Below, piece by piece: positions 13,020 to 26,700 of a stretch of 64,000 bases of DNA. Position 1 is the stretch's first letter, and each line of letters opens with the position of its first letter. Location: positions 16,120,001-16,184,000 of the forward strand of contig CM060732.1 in NCBI GenBank assembly GCA_030704615.1, read 5' to 3'. A program made the translations under genes and the position numbers. Below the pieces are notes generated by a model that did not search any database, was not told where the DNA came from, and was given only the letters and a program-made list of their open reading frames with translations. The DNA comes from Takakia lepidozioides (Eukaryota > Plantae > Bryophyta).

Positions 13020-16000
13020 TTGTTGTTCCTCGCTTGGTCGCACAATTGCGAAGCGCCGTTCAAACCCCTTTCGCGGGCCCCTTCTCCCACCATGCACTAT
13101 CCTGGAGGGAGCAATGGCACGGAGGTGCGGCTGATTGTAGCAGGGCGGAAATGGCTTTTGTTCCGTGGGATCGTGTGGAAGACTTCATTGCAGGAGAGTC
13201 GGCGCGCCCAGATGCCCCTTGTAAATTCATCAAACAACATCAATTTGTGACACAAGAAGGTGCCCTACAAGCACCACGCATGAACAGCTGCTTGCAAAGT
13301 TATGTGCCCTGTCTACGTCGGTTCCAGCTCATGTGAAACCAAAACAAAGAAGAATAACAAGGAACAAGGGGGGCGAGGGGGCGAGGGCATCAAACGAGGT
13401 TGTACATGTAGATTCATTGTCAAGCAGTGTTATCTTGACCCCAAAATAGCTATGTTGGTTTACTACCAGAAGAACCATGTAAACAGCCATGGCCTGACTG
13501 TTCATGGCCCTTCGTATGAGAAGTCTCGTCATGCTCTCGCACCTCACCTTAGTGTCGACATGAAAGCTTGGATTCTTCACCAATTACGCCTGGGACTGTC
13601 TATTAACAAGATCATTACGAACCACACACAAAAAGTCAAAGAAATCATGGAAGGTGGTTTGGAAGTTACAAGAGATACATTCCTTTTGTCTCATGATATC
13701 AGAAACATTGCCAACAAATGTGACGAGGAGACATTCAAAAAGCACCCTAACGACGCTAGGAGCGTCCGCATGTGGGTGGCCGAAAACCCAAAGAGTGTCT
13801 TCTACTACCAGGAGGAAGTCAATCACCCGGTGTGGACAGTCAGTGACTGGAAGCTTGACCTGCCATTTGTATTGGGCATTCAAACTGAATGGCAGAAGGA
13901 CCAGATGCTTGACCTGGGCCATGGAAGAATTGTGGCATGCGATGCGACCTTTGGTACCAACGAGAAAAAGGTATGGTGCCACTACGTTCTGTCCTTCCCA
14001 TCGTGATTCCCTATCTGTATGTTACCCGCTCCTCCATGTATATATTCTACTTCATCACCTCATCGCTGCCTATTCTTCCTGAAGGATTGTTACGTATTGT
14101 GTTTCTCCTTTACGCCTCCACTTCCTAGAGTACTCCCACACTAACATTTGTCTTCTCCACTCACACAAACCACTCCCGATGCGATCGTCGTGGATCCGGA
14201 TGATGAGACTCCCCAATTTCGGCTTGCAATTTCGTGACCAGAAGTATACATCAAGCCCACCCATGCACCAACTAATGACAATGTCGTCAGACCTTCCCAC
14301 AAACACACCTTCAATAGCCTTCCCAGACCCAATGTCCGGTGAAAGACCTTACAGGACGTCTACGCATGGTTGCGACTCACAGTCTGTACCCACTGCTTTC
14401 TGTCGTTGCTCCATATCCACCACATGTAGCTTCTCCAACTTCTCCTGTCTGTAATGCAGGTGGCAGTTTGCGTGCCCTCTGTGATTTCCAGATCCACAAA
14501 AGACAGTACGAAACAGGCTGTCCCCTTTCTGGTCAATTCCTCTGCTTCTTCCGTGCTGTAGATCTTTGCTCTTATCTTCTTCTCTCCTTCTTTCCACACC
14601 ACTACATCGCCTGCTCTTGAAACATATGGCTCCATCATGCGTTGTCAAACAGTTCCGGGCGGCCGTCTGTTATATGCGGAAAGACGTCCGGCCAGTAGCC
14701 ACGGTCCTTATTTTGAATTCAAATTTCTCCTGTCATGTGTTATGAAAAACATGAAGTCTGAATCCACTGCGAATTTGTGCTGTGCTGGTGCAATACCCAC
14801 TGTACACTATGATGGTATTCGACCAATGGCTTAATGGAATCCCAGTGGCATATGTTATCACTGTAAGGAGCAAGACAGCCGATTTGGAACCATGGATGCT
14901 GGCGCTCAATGTGCGAATGACTACTGCTCGTCCACTTTGGCGTCCAAATGTGGTCATTGTGGACGACGCGAATGCTGAGATCAATGCCATCAGGTATGCT
15001 CAAAACACGTCCATGTATGGCCAGACACCCAATACATGCCCGTATGAGCAACTACAATTAAGAATTTTGTTTCGTGCATGACATCAGGTACTGTCAAGAT
15101 ATTCTCACCGTGTTCTCGTGTGCTGCCTGCAAATTCCGAGCATATCGGTTTGGGGTGACTCTGCTATTTTCTTGTGCTTGTGGCATGTGCGTAGAGCATG
15201 GTTGAAAAATGCAGTCGCTAAGATTAAAGATCCAGCAATGCGTGCCTCGGTTTTGCACGACTTGGGCGAAATTATGTACGACTCCAGAGGGATATCCGGA
15301 CATGCAGCTGCTGCGTGGGCCGTGTACAGACTCATTAGCCTGCGGGAGAAGTATCCCAGTTTGAACGAGTTCATGCATTACATGGAGACATACTGGCTGC
15401 CGAAGGCGGACATGTGGATAATGCGGTCTCGAAAGATCCCCCATGCTTCTCAAGACACAGACGCAGCAATTGAGGCGTACCACGGAAATCTCAAAGCCCA
15501 ACTTAAGAGCACGAAGAGCACCCTCACCAGCCGCCGTGTCAACTGGCTGATCTCAGAGCTTGTTGGCAATATTCTCACTCACTACTGGTACATGACTCAG
15601 CTGAAAGAATATGGGTTTGTGCGCAACAAAAGACAAGAGGGATTCGTCTGTAGTTCTATTTTAGCGGCCCGTGAAATTCCAAATGCCAATGTGGAATTGA
15701 CCTCCGCCCTAACACAACGTACACCATTCACAAACCGGAATCCACGTGGGCATGTTGTGACTATACCTTGGCACACAAGGGGAATTTGTGTGCACACCAA
15801 GTGAAAGTATTGAAGATGCTTCATCCGCACTTGGAGGAGGGACTCATTGCCAAATTTTGTGGTTCGTTACTTGGGACGAAACAAAGGGGGCTGGTCCGTC
15901 TCATTGCAGGCCCTTCCACAATTCTTCCTCCAAATTCGACGTCAGCATCATCTCCCAACCCTGCAGGCAAGTCCACTTCCGCTCAAAGCCCATCAACAGA

Positions 16001-16240
16001 CTTGAACGCTTGTATACAATCTGAAATACATGACCTTCTGGAAGTGACTTGCGGAAACGTCCGTCTCTAACAACATTTTCTTGCGATGTTGCGACTTGCC
16101 CGGGGAAAAATTCTGGGACTGAAATCACAGATCCTTGAGGGAATCGCTCACCCGGCCGGTGAGCCCACTCTTTCTGTTGTCGACTATGGGAAAGGCAAAT
16201 CCCTTGTTCGTTTGAAAGACTTCCTGGAGGGCCCTGGTAA
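13020..16240 (+). pseudogene. Mutator-like (MULE/FAR1-related) SWIM zinc-finger transposase, intron-containing, degenerate
   Basis: KRGCTCRFIVK..H...HG; LGIQTEWQ...IVACDATFGTN; VVIVDD; LCLWHVRRAW; AIEAYH; SWIM CCDY...GNLCAHQ; introns near 13971-14793 and 14994-15140; frameshifts. Confidence 0.85.
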
Positions 16241-16384
16241 GTGATGCCGCCACAACGACACTACAGATCTTTCTCCTTCAGCCCGTAAACGCCTCTACGA
16301 CTAGTGACCTCCACAGACAATTTCTTTCGTTCAATGAGGTCATGTTTTTTCATTGTATGTGTTCATTATTGACCTTACCATGGA

Positions 16385-16670
16385 ATTAACTTATGGTGTG
16401 GCGCCATGCCGATTTCTGCTATGTCCGTTGACTTGCAGGTGACCTTCACAAGCCCCTTTTGAGGTCCTTCACATATACTGAATCTAAACTGCCATTCTCC
16501 TGCACAGACGATTTCTTTCTTTCTATGTACTTTAATACTGACCATACCATCTAATTTACTTGCGGTGTGGCGCCATACCCATTTATGGTATGTCTGTCGA
16601 CTTGCATGGGACCCTTCACAAGCCCCTTTTCAGGACGTTCGCATATATTGAATGCAAACTAGCATTCCCA
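16385..16670. repeat. Diverged tandem duplication, about 168-bp period
   Basis: GGTGTGGCGCCAT...GACCTTCACAAGCCCCTTTT at about 16395 and 16563. Confidence 0.7.
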
Positions 16671-16859
16671 CGCCCTTCGAACACGTTCCATCCGTGTACA
16701 CGGATGGGAACACCCTCAAGTCTCATTCATCCCGTGCAAGAATTTAACCTCCCCTATCAGTTCCAAATTGGTGGGATTCCGAAAGTCCTCTCCTCTTTCC
16801 CCTCACCATCCTCATGCCCTCGCAAAAGAAGGGGTGTGCGGGATTTTGGCCCTGCACTA

Positions 16860-17055
16860 GTTTGGCTGTGTAAGGCTGTGTATGGCCGTGATAGACTATG
16901 ATAGGCTGTGTACGACTGTCTACCACCCCTAAAGCTTGTGCTGTCACCCCTAAGGCCTCTGTTGGTCTAAGTCTACCATCTGTAAGTCTGCGCAAAAATT
17001 AAGGGTACCCCACAGAGCCCATAAAAGTGTCCAAGTCCCAGACAGCCCTCTAACA
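16860..17055 (-). mobile_element. LTR 5' fragment related to the LTR at 22144
   Basis: Reverse complement TGTTAGAGGGCTGTC...GGTACCCTTAATTTTTGCGCAGAC...TTAGGGGTGACAGCA aligns with 22144-22245. Confidence 0.8.
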
Positions 17056-17812
17056 CTTGCATCAATACGCAGGGTCTTGTCAACGAGGGTCAGAAGGTAT
17101 GCTGCGATTTTCCTCCATTCTGCCAATTTCTGCGCCGAAATTGCTCATGTACGTGTAGGCCACCTCTCACGTTCTCATTTTCCTTCTTTGCAGACTCTTA
17201 TCTTTCAGGCATTCTGCTTCGAGAAGGAACATTTGAAATTCAAATTACGTCAAGCAGGCAGACTTGTTGATTCCACAGTTGATCCACTGGAGTATAATGT
17301 CCTGTTCAACCATGTGGGAGAGAAGGACGTGCTTTGTGATTTTTCGGGCAAGCCTTGGAGGTATGGCAGGACCAGGAGTCCTGCATTCATCCAGACGCTC
17401 ATGGAAATGTGTACGGATGTTGAAGGCAGGGTCCTCGACGTCACTGCTAATACAGGTGAGAGCGTTCAGTGATTGCGGCACCGAAATTGACACTGTTTCC
17501 GATTGTCTTTGTTTGCTTGCGCGAGGAAGCGACTCATTCTTGACTTTGGCTTTGGTTGTGTTGTATGAATTTGCAGGTGCTTGTATGTGGGCGGGAAGGA
17601 TGTCCAACCCATTTGTGTTCTTATTTGAGGGGGATACGGCCTTGTACGATTTCAATTTGGCGGGCCTACAACGTCTGCCTCCTACTGAGGATCCCAACAA
17701 CGCAGAACAGGACGTGGAAGGGGAGGAGGAAGAGGAGGAGGAGGAAGTCCAGGAAATTCGTCCCATTCAGGGGCGCCCAAAGCCGCTTCCTGCAATGCCT
17801 GTCTTCGAGTGA
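17056..17812 (+). pseudogene. Beta-class DNA amino-methyltransferase-like gene, 3' part (copy A), 5' end cut by the LTR fragment
   Basis: Exons 17056-17096, 17194-17455, 17577-17812: PWRYGRTRSPAFIQTLMEMCTDVEGRVLDVTANTG|ACMWAGR...FLFEGD (SAM-binding motif I region). Confidence 0.65.
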
Positions 17813-18669
17813 GTTGCACCATAGTAAGTGTATTGGTTTCGGTTGTAGGGACCATGCAACCTGCCGATGATTCCCTGTTTGAATGTTCTAATGTGCTTCA
17901 TTATTTGTTTGTGCATACACTCAGCCTTGCAGAGTCGTCCGACGAGGAAATGTAGGGAGACTTGCTCGAATCGGACCCTGTTGCAGAGGACAGAATCGCA
18001 TCGGCCATTCTTTGCCAAAAAATCATTTATTGTGAGTCCCCAGAAGCCTTTTTTTCTAACACCCTATGCAGACACGGCTGCCAGAGAAGCCATCAGGAGG
18101 GAGGATAGGCCTACTCGGTTTGAGCAATTGATATTCGGGAAGGAGCAGAGAATTATAATGAGGCGTGAGGCCAAACATAGAATTGTGAAAGGCAGAGTAG
18201 GCAAGTTCGTCATATAATCCGCGTCTCAGAGTGAGGGGGATGATGAGGACAGTTCCGCACCCAGGTGGACAGTTCCAGCTGGTGAGGATGGTATTTATGA
18301 GGGGATGCTTCTTAGAGTAACAGCGGTAGCAGTAGTGCAGGTTCGGAGGCAGGTGGAAGGCAGCCATCCTTGCATGAGGCCGGGGATGCATTGGACAGTG
18401 ATCGCGGATCCTCGCCATAGCAAAGTCTCATTTGGATCCTTCTGTTGTACAGTTCTGAATCACTTAATGAAAAAATTGACGATTTTTGAAATCATTGTGT
18501 TCAGACTGTGCATGTCCGATTCCCAACATATCTTCCGCAAACCACAATGTAATAATAAAAGCAGAAGAGAAGCAAAGTAAAGTAAAGAACCCTACAAGTA
18601 ATTTATGCACACCAACGAAGCGCGAACTAGAAGCCATCAAAACACGGTCGTTTCTCACATTCCTTTTGG

Positions 18670-18952
18670 GAATTTTGGCGCCAAAATTCCCCAGTGTGCG
18701 CCTTCATAATATGGGCCTTATAAAATTTCACGTAGGAATTACGGCACCAAAATAGCACGATGGAAGCCTTCAGCACAAGGCACTTCAGCACATTCCACTT
18801 GGGTATTTCGGCGCCGAAATAGCCCGCTCTACGCCATAAAATACGCCAGTATATCACATTTCAAAAGGGAATTTCGGCGCCGAAATACCCCGGTGGAAGT
18901 CTTCAAAACACCACTTTAGCACACTGCTCTTGGGAATTTCGGCGCCGAAATA
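18670..18952. repeat. Palindrome array 1: ATTT-CGGCGCCG-AAAT x5, period 65-67 bp
   Basis: GGCRCC cores at 18677, 18743, 18810, 18876, 18941; one more at 20180. Confidence 0.85.
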
Positions 18953-20281
18953 GCACGGTTGGTGGTTTTAGCACAATTTTTTCCCCTCATGTCGTGGCAC
19001 CTTCTCTGTCTAGCCCCTTCTAGCCCCAATCATTTTCGATCGGCTGTGTGGATAGCCGTTGCCGGCCAATGGGGGCACGTATTGCCGTTGCCCCGGAGAA
19101 GATCATGTCAGAGGGTGTTCCGCAGTGGGTTTTCAATGTTTGCATCTCCGTGTTGAAACACTACAGTGATTACTTGTCCCTCTCCATTCCCGGTGGGCGC
19201 ACACTTCCTCAATGCCGCCCTGTGAAAATGCCACCTGCATTCGACGGAGCGGGATTCGAGGTTCGCGATTGCGTGAGCCAGTGATGGGAGACATTATGGT
19301 GGATTTGGACTTCAGTGAAGGTACACGAGGGTGACGAGTTTCCGAGCACTTCTGTGGGATTCTGTTTGGGTGAGGCCTACCAGTGGACAACAGTGGATAC
19401 TTGTTGTGTGAGATAGACCTGGAAGACGGAGTGTTCGTCTCTTCATCACGAGATGTTGCTGCGGCGAGTTCTGGAGGTCTTACTACCATAACTATACTGC
19501 ACCTCCACAGTATTTGCTCCCGGATAGGGCTCTTGAGTTGCTCACTCACTCTTCTGGGCCAGGGAATATATTGTTGACACTAAGGGAAAATCAGAGCAGG
19601 TTTGTCCTGGATGTTTGCGAATTTCACGACGCTGTGGAGGAGGTCCCACCTGGCCTCCAATATCTGCATGTTTTCACGAACGTGACCTCTATAGATATCT
19701 TGTATCTTTATGTGCGCCATCTTAATCCAGAAAACGACAATGCGTAGTGGACGACTACCGCACCACTCCTAATTCTAGACCTATGGTTCGACGACTCGGT
19801 GGTTCGTGTTGTGGATGTCAACGCAGCAGCATAGAGCGTTAAGGATCATTGTGGAGGGTGATTGGAGGGCACAGGCTCCGGGTTATGGTAGTTCCACAGG
19901 TTTCTTATGCCGCAGTGGTCCATTTCTGATGATGGAAGCTCGGAGTTGTCGCTGTACAAAATAAAAACTTGTAGTTTCTTGATGTTTGTATTTCAAGCGT
20001 GTATGGCAATTTTCTGTCATGTCAATGTGGGGTTGATGTTATGTTGAATGGGGTTTGCAAGTTGAACTGTCGTCTGACCCTAAATATATTACCCTGTCAG
20101 TACAATGGCTTATGAGGGCTACAAGTTTGTGTCTCTTTCCTATCCTGCACAATGTTTTACAATCGTGACGTGGAATAACGGCACCGAAATACCTCATTCC
20201 GCATCCTGGACCAGGAGAAATAGACCCTATTATCGAGGTATGAGGATATAATACCGTCAATAAAGGCAAAAAAAATTCCAA

Positions 20282-20372
20282 TTCCGTGGATGCCCGCTCA
20301 TGAGCTCATAGGCTCATGGGCTCATGAAATAGTAAACCTCTGCTCATGCCGCTCATGAAATAGCAGCCCCCC
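20282..20372. mobile_element. TIR-like terminus with GCTCAT subterminal repeats
   Basis: GCTCATGCCGCTCATGAAATAGCAGCCCCC (20342-20371) is the exact reverse complement of 21896-21925. Confidence 0.6.
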
Positions 20373-21893
20373 GTAATGGGCCCTCTCAGCACCCGAGCGG
20401 CTATGTTGTGACGCTACCCTTCTATGCGGAGGTCCATGGTGTGGAGCCCGCGGGATTCATGATGCATATCTCACGATTTCACTCACTAATCTGATGGCTT
20501 AGTGCCACTTGCATGCACACAAGCCTATTTCCAAGGTGCTACTGTCCTTTTTTATATCATGACTAAGATGCCCGACATGCCACTCAGGCCCTCTGCTACT
20601 CCAGAATCATTCAAAGTGCCCGTATGTATTACTGTGTATGCTCAACTACAAGCTTAACCTCCTGTCTGATCTCCTGCTAAGTCCTTGCTCAGCGTCCATC
20701 ATTAACGTTCTGCCATACTCGTCTCTCAATTTCTCCACACCATTAGAGTTGCTATACCAAAATCTCATGACAAGAACCAGAGCCATCGCTGCTTTGTCAT
20801 TGTGCTCGCTAGTCTTGTACTACCAAAAACTCATAGATTAGCCCTTCACATGGGGCCACTCCATTCTGATCACCGCTCAACTGATTATTGTAATACTAAA
20901 CCCATTACCCGTATCGGGTGTACCTCCCCTTCATGCGTTTAATACATGGCCAAGTGGCGTCTTAATAAAGGTTTGATAATATCCCTAAGCCTAAAAATGT
21001 ACTTACCAAAATCTGCTTAGTCATGTACCCTGTCGATTCAAGGTGGCGCCCCCTCAGCCGTCGATCAGTATTGCATCAACGCCATGCATGTCGCCATTTC
21101 CCCGGTCTTCATCCTGCTCCGTCGATCGTTCATCCCAACTTCATCCACTATCCTCAGTGAAAGCACGCATGCTTTCCCCACCAATGAACTTCTTCCAACG
21201 CTGAGTGTTCATAATTTGTTCATCCGTCATCGCAGTGCAGCATCCTGGTGTGGTTAACTCCATCCATCCGCACCATGCGCTTCATCCGTTCATGCCCTTG
21301 GCACGTACCTCACTGTTTTATACACTCATTCCTCCCAAGTTCATCCTACTTCCGTCCGCCCATCATCCATTTGATAAACCCCTAGGGTTTGGCATTTGTT
21401 TTCCCCTTACAGCTGTAAAGTACTCCCTTTTTTTTAGAGTGGAAGACCCTTTTCACCAAGTCAGCACACTTACTTCACTGATGCACTAGCTTGAGGTCCC
21501 GCCATGATCATGTCCATCATTTCTTAGCTGCAGCCTCGATCATGCATATTCGATCAGACTCCTCCATGTTAGAAAGGCTCAGTGTGGAGCCAAATGAAGA
21601 TCAAAACAATCATGCTGGTAAGGAAGTTCTTAATGGCTTGGCCAACCAACAAAAGCAGGCAGCAGTGTACACTACTTCACTGTAGAGAAGCATTGCAGGA
21701 ACCAAGGCAAGGAGGCCCAATGCCTGAAGGCAAAATTCAAAAAGCATGTGATCAGGGCTGCAACTCAAGAAGGATTGCTTTAGGAATGGGTACGCCAGGT
21801 CACCCAGCAACAGCAGGGGTGGAAAAGCTTTAAGGTTGATCTGTGGTGGATTGTTTGTTCTTTTGGGTTTAGGAAGTTTTTCTGGTCGCTGCC

Positions 21894-21980
21894 CAGGGGG
21901 CTGCTATTTCATGAGCGGCATGAGCATGAGCGGGAAAAAAAAAAGCATGAGCAGACCATTGTGAGTCCACGGAAATAGGG
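21894..21980. mobile_element. TIR-like terminus CAGGGGGCTGCTATTTCATGAGC with ATGAGC repeats
   Basis: 30-bp perfect inverted match to 20342-20371; related termini at about 30394 and 36725. Confidence 0.6.
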
Positions 21981-22265
21981 TTAGGAGGCACGGAAATAGG
22001 GTCATGTGAAGTTGGAATGTGGCACCAGTGGACTTGAAATGCAACATTTTATTGCAAATTTTGTGGCAAGCCACGTCTATACAAGTGTGTTCTAACTGTC
22101 ATAGCCTCGATGGGCACTACTCTCCTACAGCCTCCGAGGAACTTGTTAGAGGACTGTCGGGGACTTAGACACTTATACGGGATCTGTAGGGTACCCTTAA
22201 TTTTTGCACAGACTGAGACCAACAGGAGCCTTAGGGGTGACAGCAGCGCACTGTAGAGGGGGGTT

Positions 22266-22520
22266 ACACAGTCGTCACAGTCGTCACAGCCAACACAGCC
22301 CGTCACAGTCGTCACAGCAGACACAGCCGACACAGCCCGTCACAGTCGTCACAGCAGACACAGCCGACACAGCCAACACAGCCCGTCACAGTCGTCACAG
22401 CCGACACAGCCCGGCACAGCCACACAGCCAGTCACAGCCCGACACAGCCAAACACAGTCGCACAGCCAGTCACAGCCCGTCACAGTTTCACACAGCCAGT
22501 CACAACTTGACACAGCTGTC
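22266..22520. repeat. CACAGCC/CACAGTCGT low-complexity repeat inside the LTR
   Basis: Many 9-10 bp variants visible directly. Confidence 0.9.
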
Positions 22521-23187
22521 ACGATCATAGGGAACGAAGAGTAGGACAGGGAACGACTGTGGGGAACAACACCTGCGAAGGGAACATGTTAGTTCACAGA
22601 CGATGGTTAGTGAGGGAAACGGTTAGAACCACGGATAGGAAGATAAAGGGGAAAACGGGGAATCGAGGGATATCATTCGGAGGAGGACTTCTTGGTCAGG
22701 GAGGAGAGGGGATCGGGCAAAGATTAAGAACGGAAGTGAAGATAGAGAGATGATGAGTAGATGCTTGATATATGCAAGGCTGTAATGATATTGTAGAGTA
22801 GATTAGAGACACAATGGCTTCGGCCTGATACCTGATAAATCATAATTGGATACTTTTACGATACAATCACACTGTGTAGAGAGATCTGAGTGAAGCTGTG
22901 AAATGAATGGATGAGTTGATGGAATCCAATAGATTGATAAAGCAAACTGATACTTAATTATCAAGGGTAAGATAGCTAACATGAATACCAAAAGGGAAAC
23001 AAATAGGAAACACCCCCATGATACACTAGCTGTAGGTCATGACTGATTGTTCTGCGCGGGCTGAGTACTTAGAGATTTCCAACTCTTCTATCTTGGAGTT
23101 TCCGCCTCGAATAGCGAAGGGATGGGTGAGTAAAAGCCGCGCGACATTTGGCGACCATACGGGGAACTGAGTCATGAACAACCAGAT

Positions 23188-23733
23188 GTGACAGGCATCT
23201 GGTGGGATCATGGTGGTTGGACCATTAAAGAATTTGAAGTGAATCAAATTCCCTGTGGAACGAAGGAAGAAAGATTGTCCAAACAATTCTTTCAAAGGTT
23301 CTTGGAATTGCCAGACGGTTGTAAAGAAAATATTCTTAAGCGAGTGCATGATGCTGATCCAGAATGGGGTCTGGAGAAAGGAGTGATAAAGATTTATCAG
23401 GTAGCCTGTAGAGGAAGAGCACGTTGGTTACCAACATTGGTTTATGTGATAGCATTGCTATCCATTAAGCGAGTAGAGTTTGAAGGCTGGGAAGAAAGAA
23501 AGGTGAATGTTTATACTCATATGCATGAAGAGCTTGTACTGGTAAAGAATTGGATTCCAAAGGATATTTTGTGGATCAAACTCACACCAAGAACAGCTTT
23601 TCAGACTTGTTTGCCATATGGTTATATGGTAACGGAGACTTCAAGTATAGCCAAGGGTGCATTGAAGCTTGAAAGAAACCCAGGCATATACGAGAGATAT
23701 TACAGAAGAGAGTTTTGGTTATTGCCACATTAA
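23188..23733 (+). CDS. Extra ORF upstream of gag, unknown function
   Basis: 181-codon open frame between PBS and gag; extra ORFs are typical of Tat/Ogre lineages. Confidence 0.5.
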   Translation: MTGIWWDHGGWTIKEFEVNQIPCGTKEERLSKQFFQRFLELPDGCKENILKRVHDADPEWGLEKGVIKIYQVACRGRARWLPTLVYVIALLSIKRVEFEGWEERKVNVYTHMHEELVLVKNWIPKDILWIKLTPRTAFQTCLPYGYMVTETSSIAKGALKLERNPGIYERYYRREFWLLPH

Positions 23734-26700
23734 AAGAAATGAAAGACATGGGACATGAGTGATGAAAGAGAAGCTAGACGCCAGAGATATTCAGCAAAAA
23801 GAGAAAGCTATCTGAAAGCTAATTATCCATATCTTTGGGAGAGAGGAATAGACATAGGGGAATCATCTGGACCTCTCACAGCATTAAGATCAAAGAGTTC
23901 ATCACCTATACCGGAAGAACTAGAGTTGGATGCCACTCCTTCTGTTTCTTTGCAAGAAAGATTAAGGGAATTGGTACAGGAAGAAGATCAATCACGAGGT
24001 GAAAGATCTGAGGTACATCCTTGGATAAAAGATTTGACAGAAATCTTTGATAAGAGTTGGCATGGAACACCAAAAGCAGGAACTCCAGTTTCTGAAGCAG
24101 AAGGTGAAGAAGGAGAAGAGGATGTGGCAGAGCCAACGGAGAGTTCAGACTCTCCAACACCATTACAGTTGAGTTACATGAGTGAAGAAGAAACCCAAGG
24201 GCAGAACTTGGAGGATGAAAACAGAGAGAAGAAATTGGAAGAGGAAGAATATGAAGAAGTAGACCCAACAGCTGAGGTTGAGACTACAACCAGGACATCC
24301 CAACCCGTTGGACCTGGATCAAGTGGAGCACTTGGATCACAGGCCAACGAAGGTGTCGGCTCAGGGGGATCAGGCGGGCTGCCTGGATCTGGCTCTGGGG
24401 GGACAGGGAGTGTGGGAAGTAGTGCAACTGAAGCTGGGAATACTGTGAATATCGTGGGGCCAGAAGCAGGGAGTGCTCAAGGGCCACCACTTGGTGGAAG
24501 ATCCACCACAAAAACAACAGGTCCAGAAGGACCAGCACCAGCAAGGGTGCCAGCACCTGTCAGTGGGCAGAAGGTAGGGCCACAGATGGCGTTACAACCA
24601 ACACGGGCAAAACCACCCTTTCCAATATATTCAGGAAAAGGGGATCCCGATGTACACATTAGCCAATTTGAGCACATGTGTATAGTGAACAATGAGAATG
24701 GCGATGATGCCAAGATGAGATTGTTTCCTTGTTCACTTATCAAGAAAGCAAGTGAATGGTATGCAAGATTCCCTGATAATCATTTCCTAACCTGGAATGG
24801 CTTGAATACAGCATTTTGAAATAGGTTCAGGACAAGTAAAACTGAGGATGAAGTGTATGGAAGTTTACAACAGCTGAAGCAGAAGAAGCATGAAACTGTT
24901 GAAGAGTATATGGAGAAGATGGAATTGATGATGAAAAAGCTGGCTGCAGTACCAGCACCCGGTTTACAGAAGACTTGGTTTGTGAGTGGACTAAGACCAG
25001 AGTTGCAAAAGAAAGTGGATATGTTACCCCATAATACAGTGGAGGAGGCATTTGAAACTGCGAACAGAATTGAGCAATTGGGAATGCTCAGGAGAGAGAA
25101 AAAAAGAAGATGAGGACTCTGAGGATGAGTCAGATGAAGAAGAAGAGCAAGAACTAAAAAGAAAGAGTAAGAGAAAGGAGAAGATGAAGAGGGATAACTA
25201 TGAAAAAAAATTGGAAGAAATCTTGAAGAAGTATGCCACAGAGGCTGCAACACATTGGAGGAAGGGTGTATGGTGTGCAAAGTGCCAGAATGAAGGCCAT
25301 ACCACCACAGAATGCCACATGAAGGAGAAACACTGTACTATCTGTAAAATGGATAACCATTCTACTAAGAATTGTTACTACAACAGAAGGACAGCTGCAA
25401 GAGAACCTAGGCAAGTAAGGGTGCATCAGGTGCAGCCCCAGCCAAGAAGAAACAATGATCATGACCACTATGGTAGGTCTGGTGGTTATAACAATGGCAT
25501 GGAAGGGAGAGGTAATTCAAGAGGGAATTACCAAGGAAATTCCAGAGGCAACTATCAGGGTAATCCAAGGGGGAATTACCAGCCCGGGAATCAGGATTAT
25601 AGAAATAATCCAAGAACAGACCAAGGGCGAGGACCCAATGGTGAAGAGCTATGTTACTATTGTAATCAGCCAGGACATCGCAAGGCAGCCTGTTCATTCT
25701 GGATAAGACACCAGAATGAGATGAGAGCTCCTGTGAATGAGGGCCCAGTGGTGGCAGCTCACATGGTTAGGCCATGTGTTGTACCAGAAGTAAGTACAAT
25801 GATAGTAACAAGAAGTAAAGCCAAACTAATACCTCCAGTAGAAGAGGAAGAAGATGATAATGGAAGTGGCAATGATATGCCTGAAGATGAAGAGACTTGG
25901 AAAGATGAGAAGGAACTGCACAAGAAAGTGGCAGATACTATAAGGGAAATGCAGAAGAGTACTGATATTCCTGTGGCAGATTCCTCTGATTCTGATGGAG
26001 AAGAAGAAGGGAGTGAGGAAGAAAGGAAAAAAGAAGATGCAGACATGCAAAGTAATGAAGAGACTTTGGCTGAAGTAATATGCAAGACCAAAGCAGAAAT
26101 TACCATTGGACAGCTATTAGCTGTGGCACCTTATTGTAGGCACAGGCTGTATCAAGCAATCAATCGAATTGCCCAAGAGACAGGAAACACAGACCTGAAC
26201 AGCAAGGTGACCAGTTATAATGTGAAGCCGGAAGGGCGAGAAACAGTCATGGACTTTGATGATTCTATGCCAGTAATCCAATTGAGAATTGGAAGCACAG
26301 AACTAACTGATGTACTGATAGATGGAGGTTCTGGAGTAAATATCATGACAGACCAATTAAGGAAGAAGCTTGGTCTAAGTAACATGAAACCAGCCCCATT
26401 TACAGTAACAATGGCAGATCAAAGAAGTGTACAGCCATTGGGATTAATAAGAGGAGTTAAGATACAGGTACAGAAAATGATCTTTATGATCACAGTAACT
26501 GTATTAAAAATGGATGAAGTCATGGAGGCTTACTCCTTATTATTGGGATGTCCGTGGCTGAAACAGGCCAGGGTATTCCATGACTGGAATTCTCAGTTAC
26601 TAACCGTGCATAATGGGATACACGAGATACAAATTACCACAAAGAAATCTAGTAGATTACCTGCTACAAGAAGACCTCGAGGAGTCAGAGAGTATGACTG

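Noticed and set aside
18960-19830. Additional cargo gene after array 1
   Set aside because: Looks coding-like but is full of stops and could not be assigned to a family
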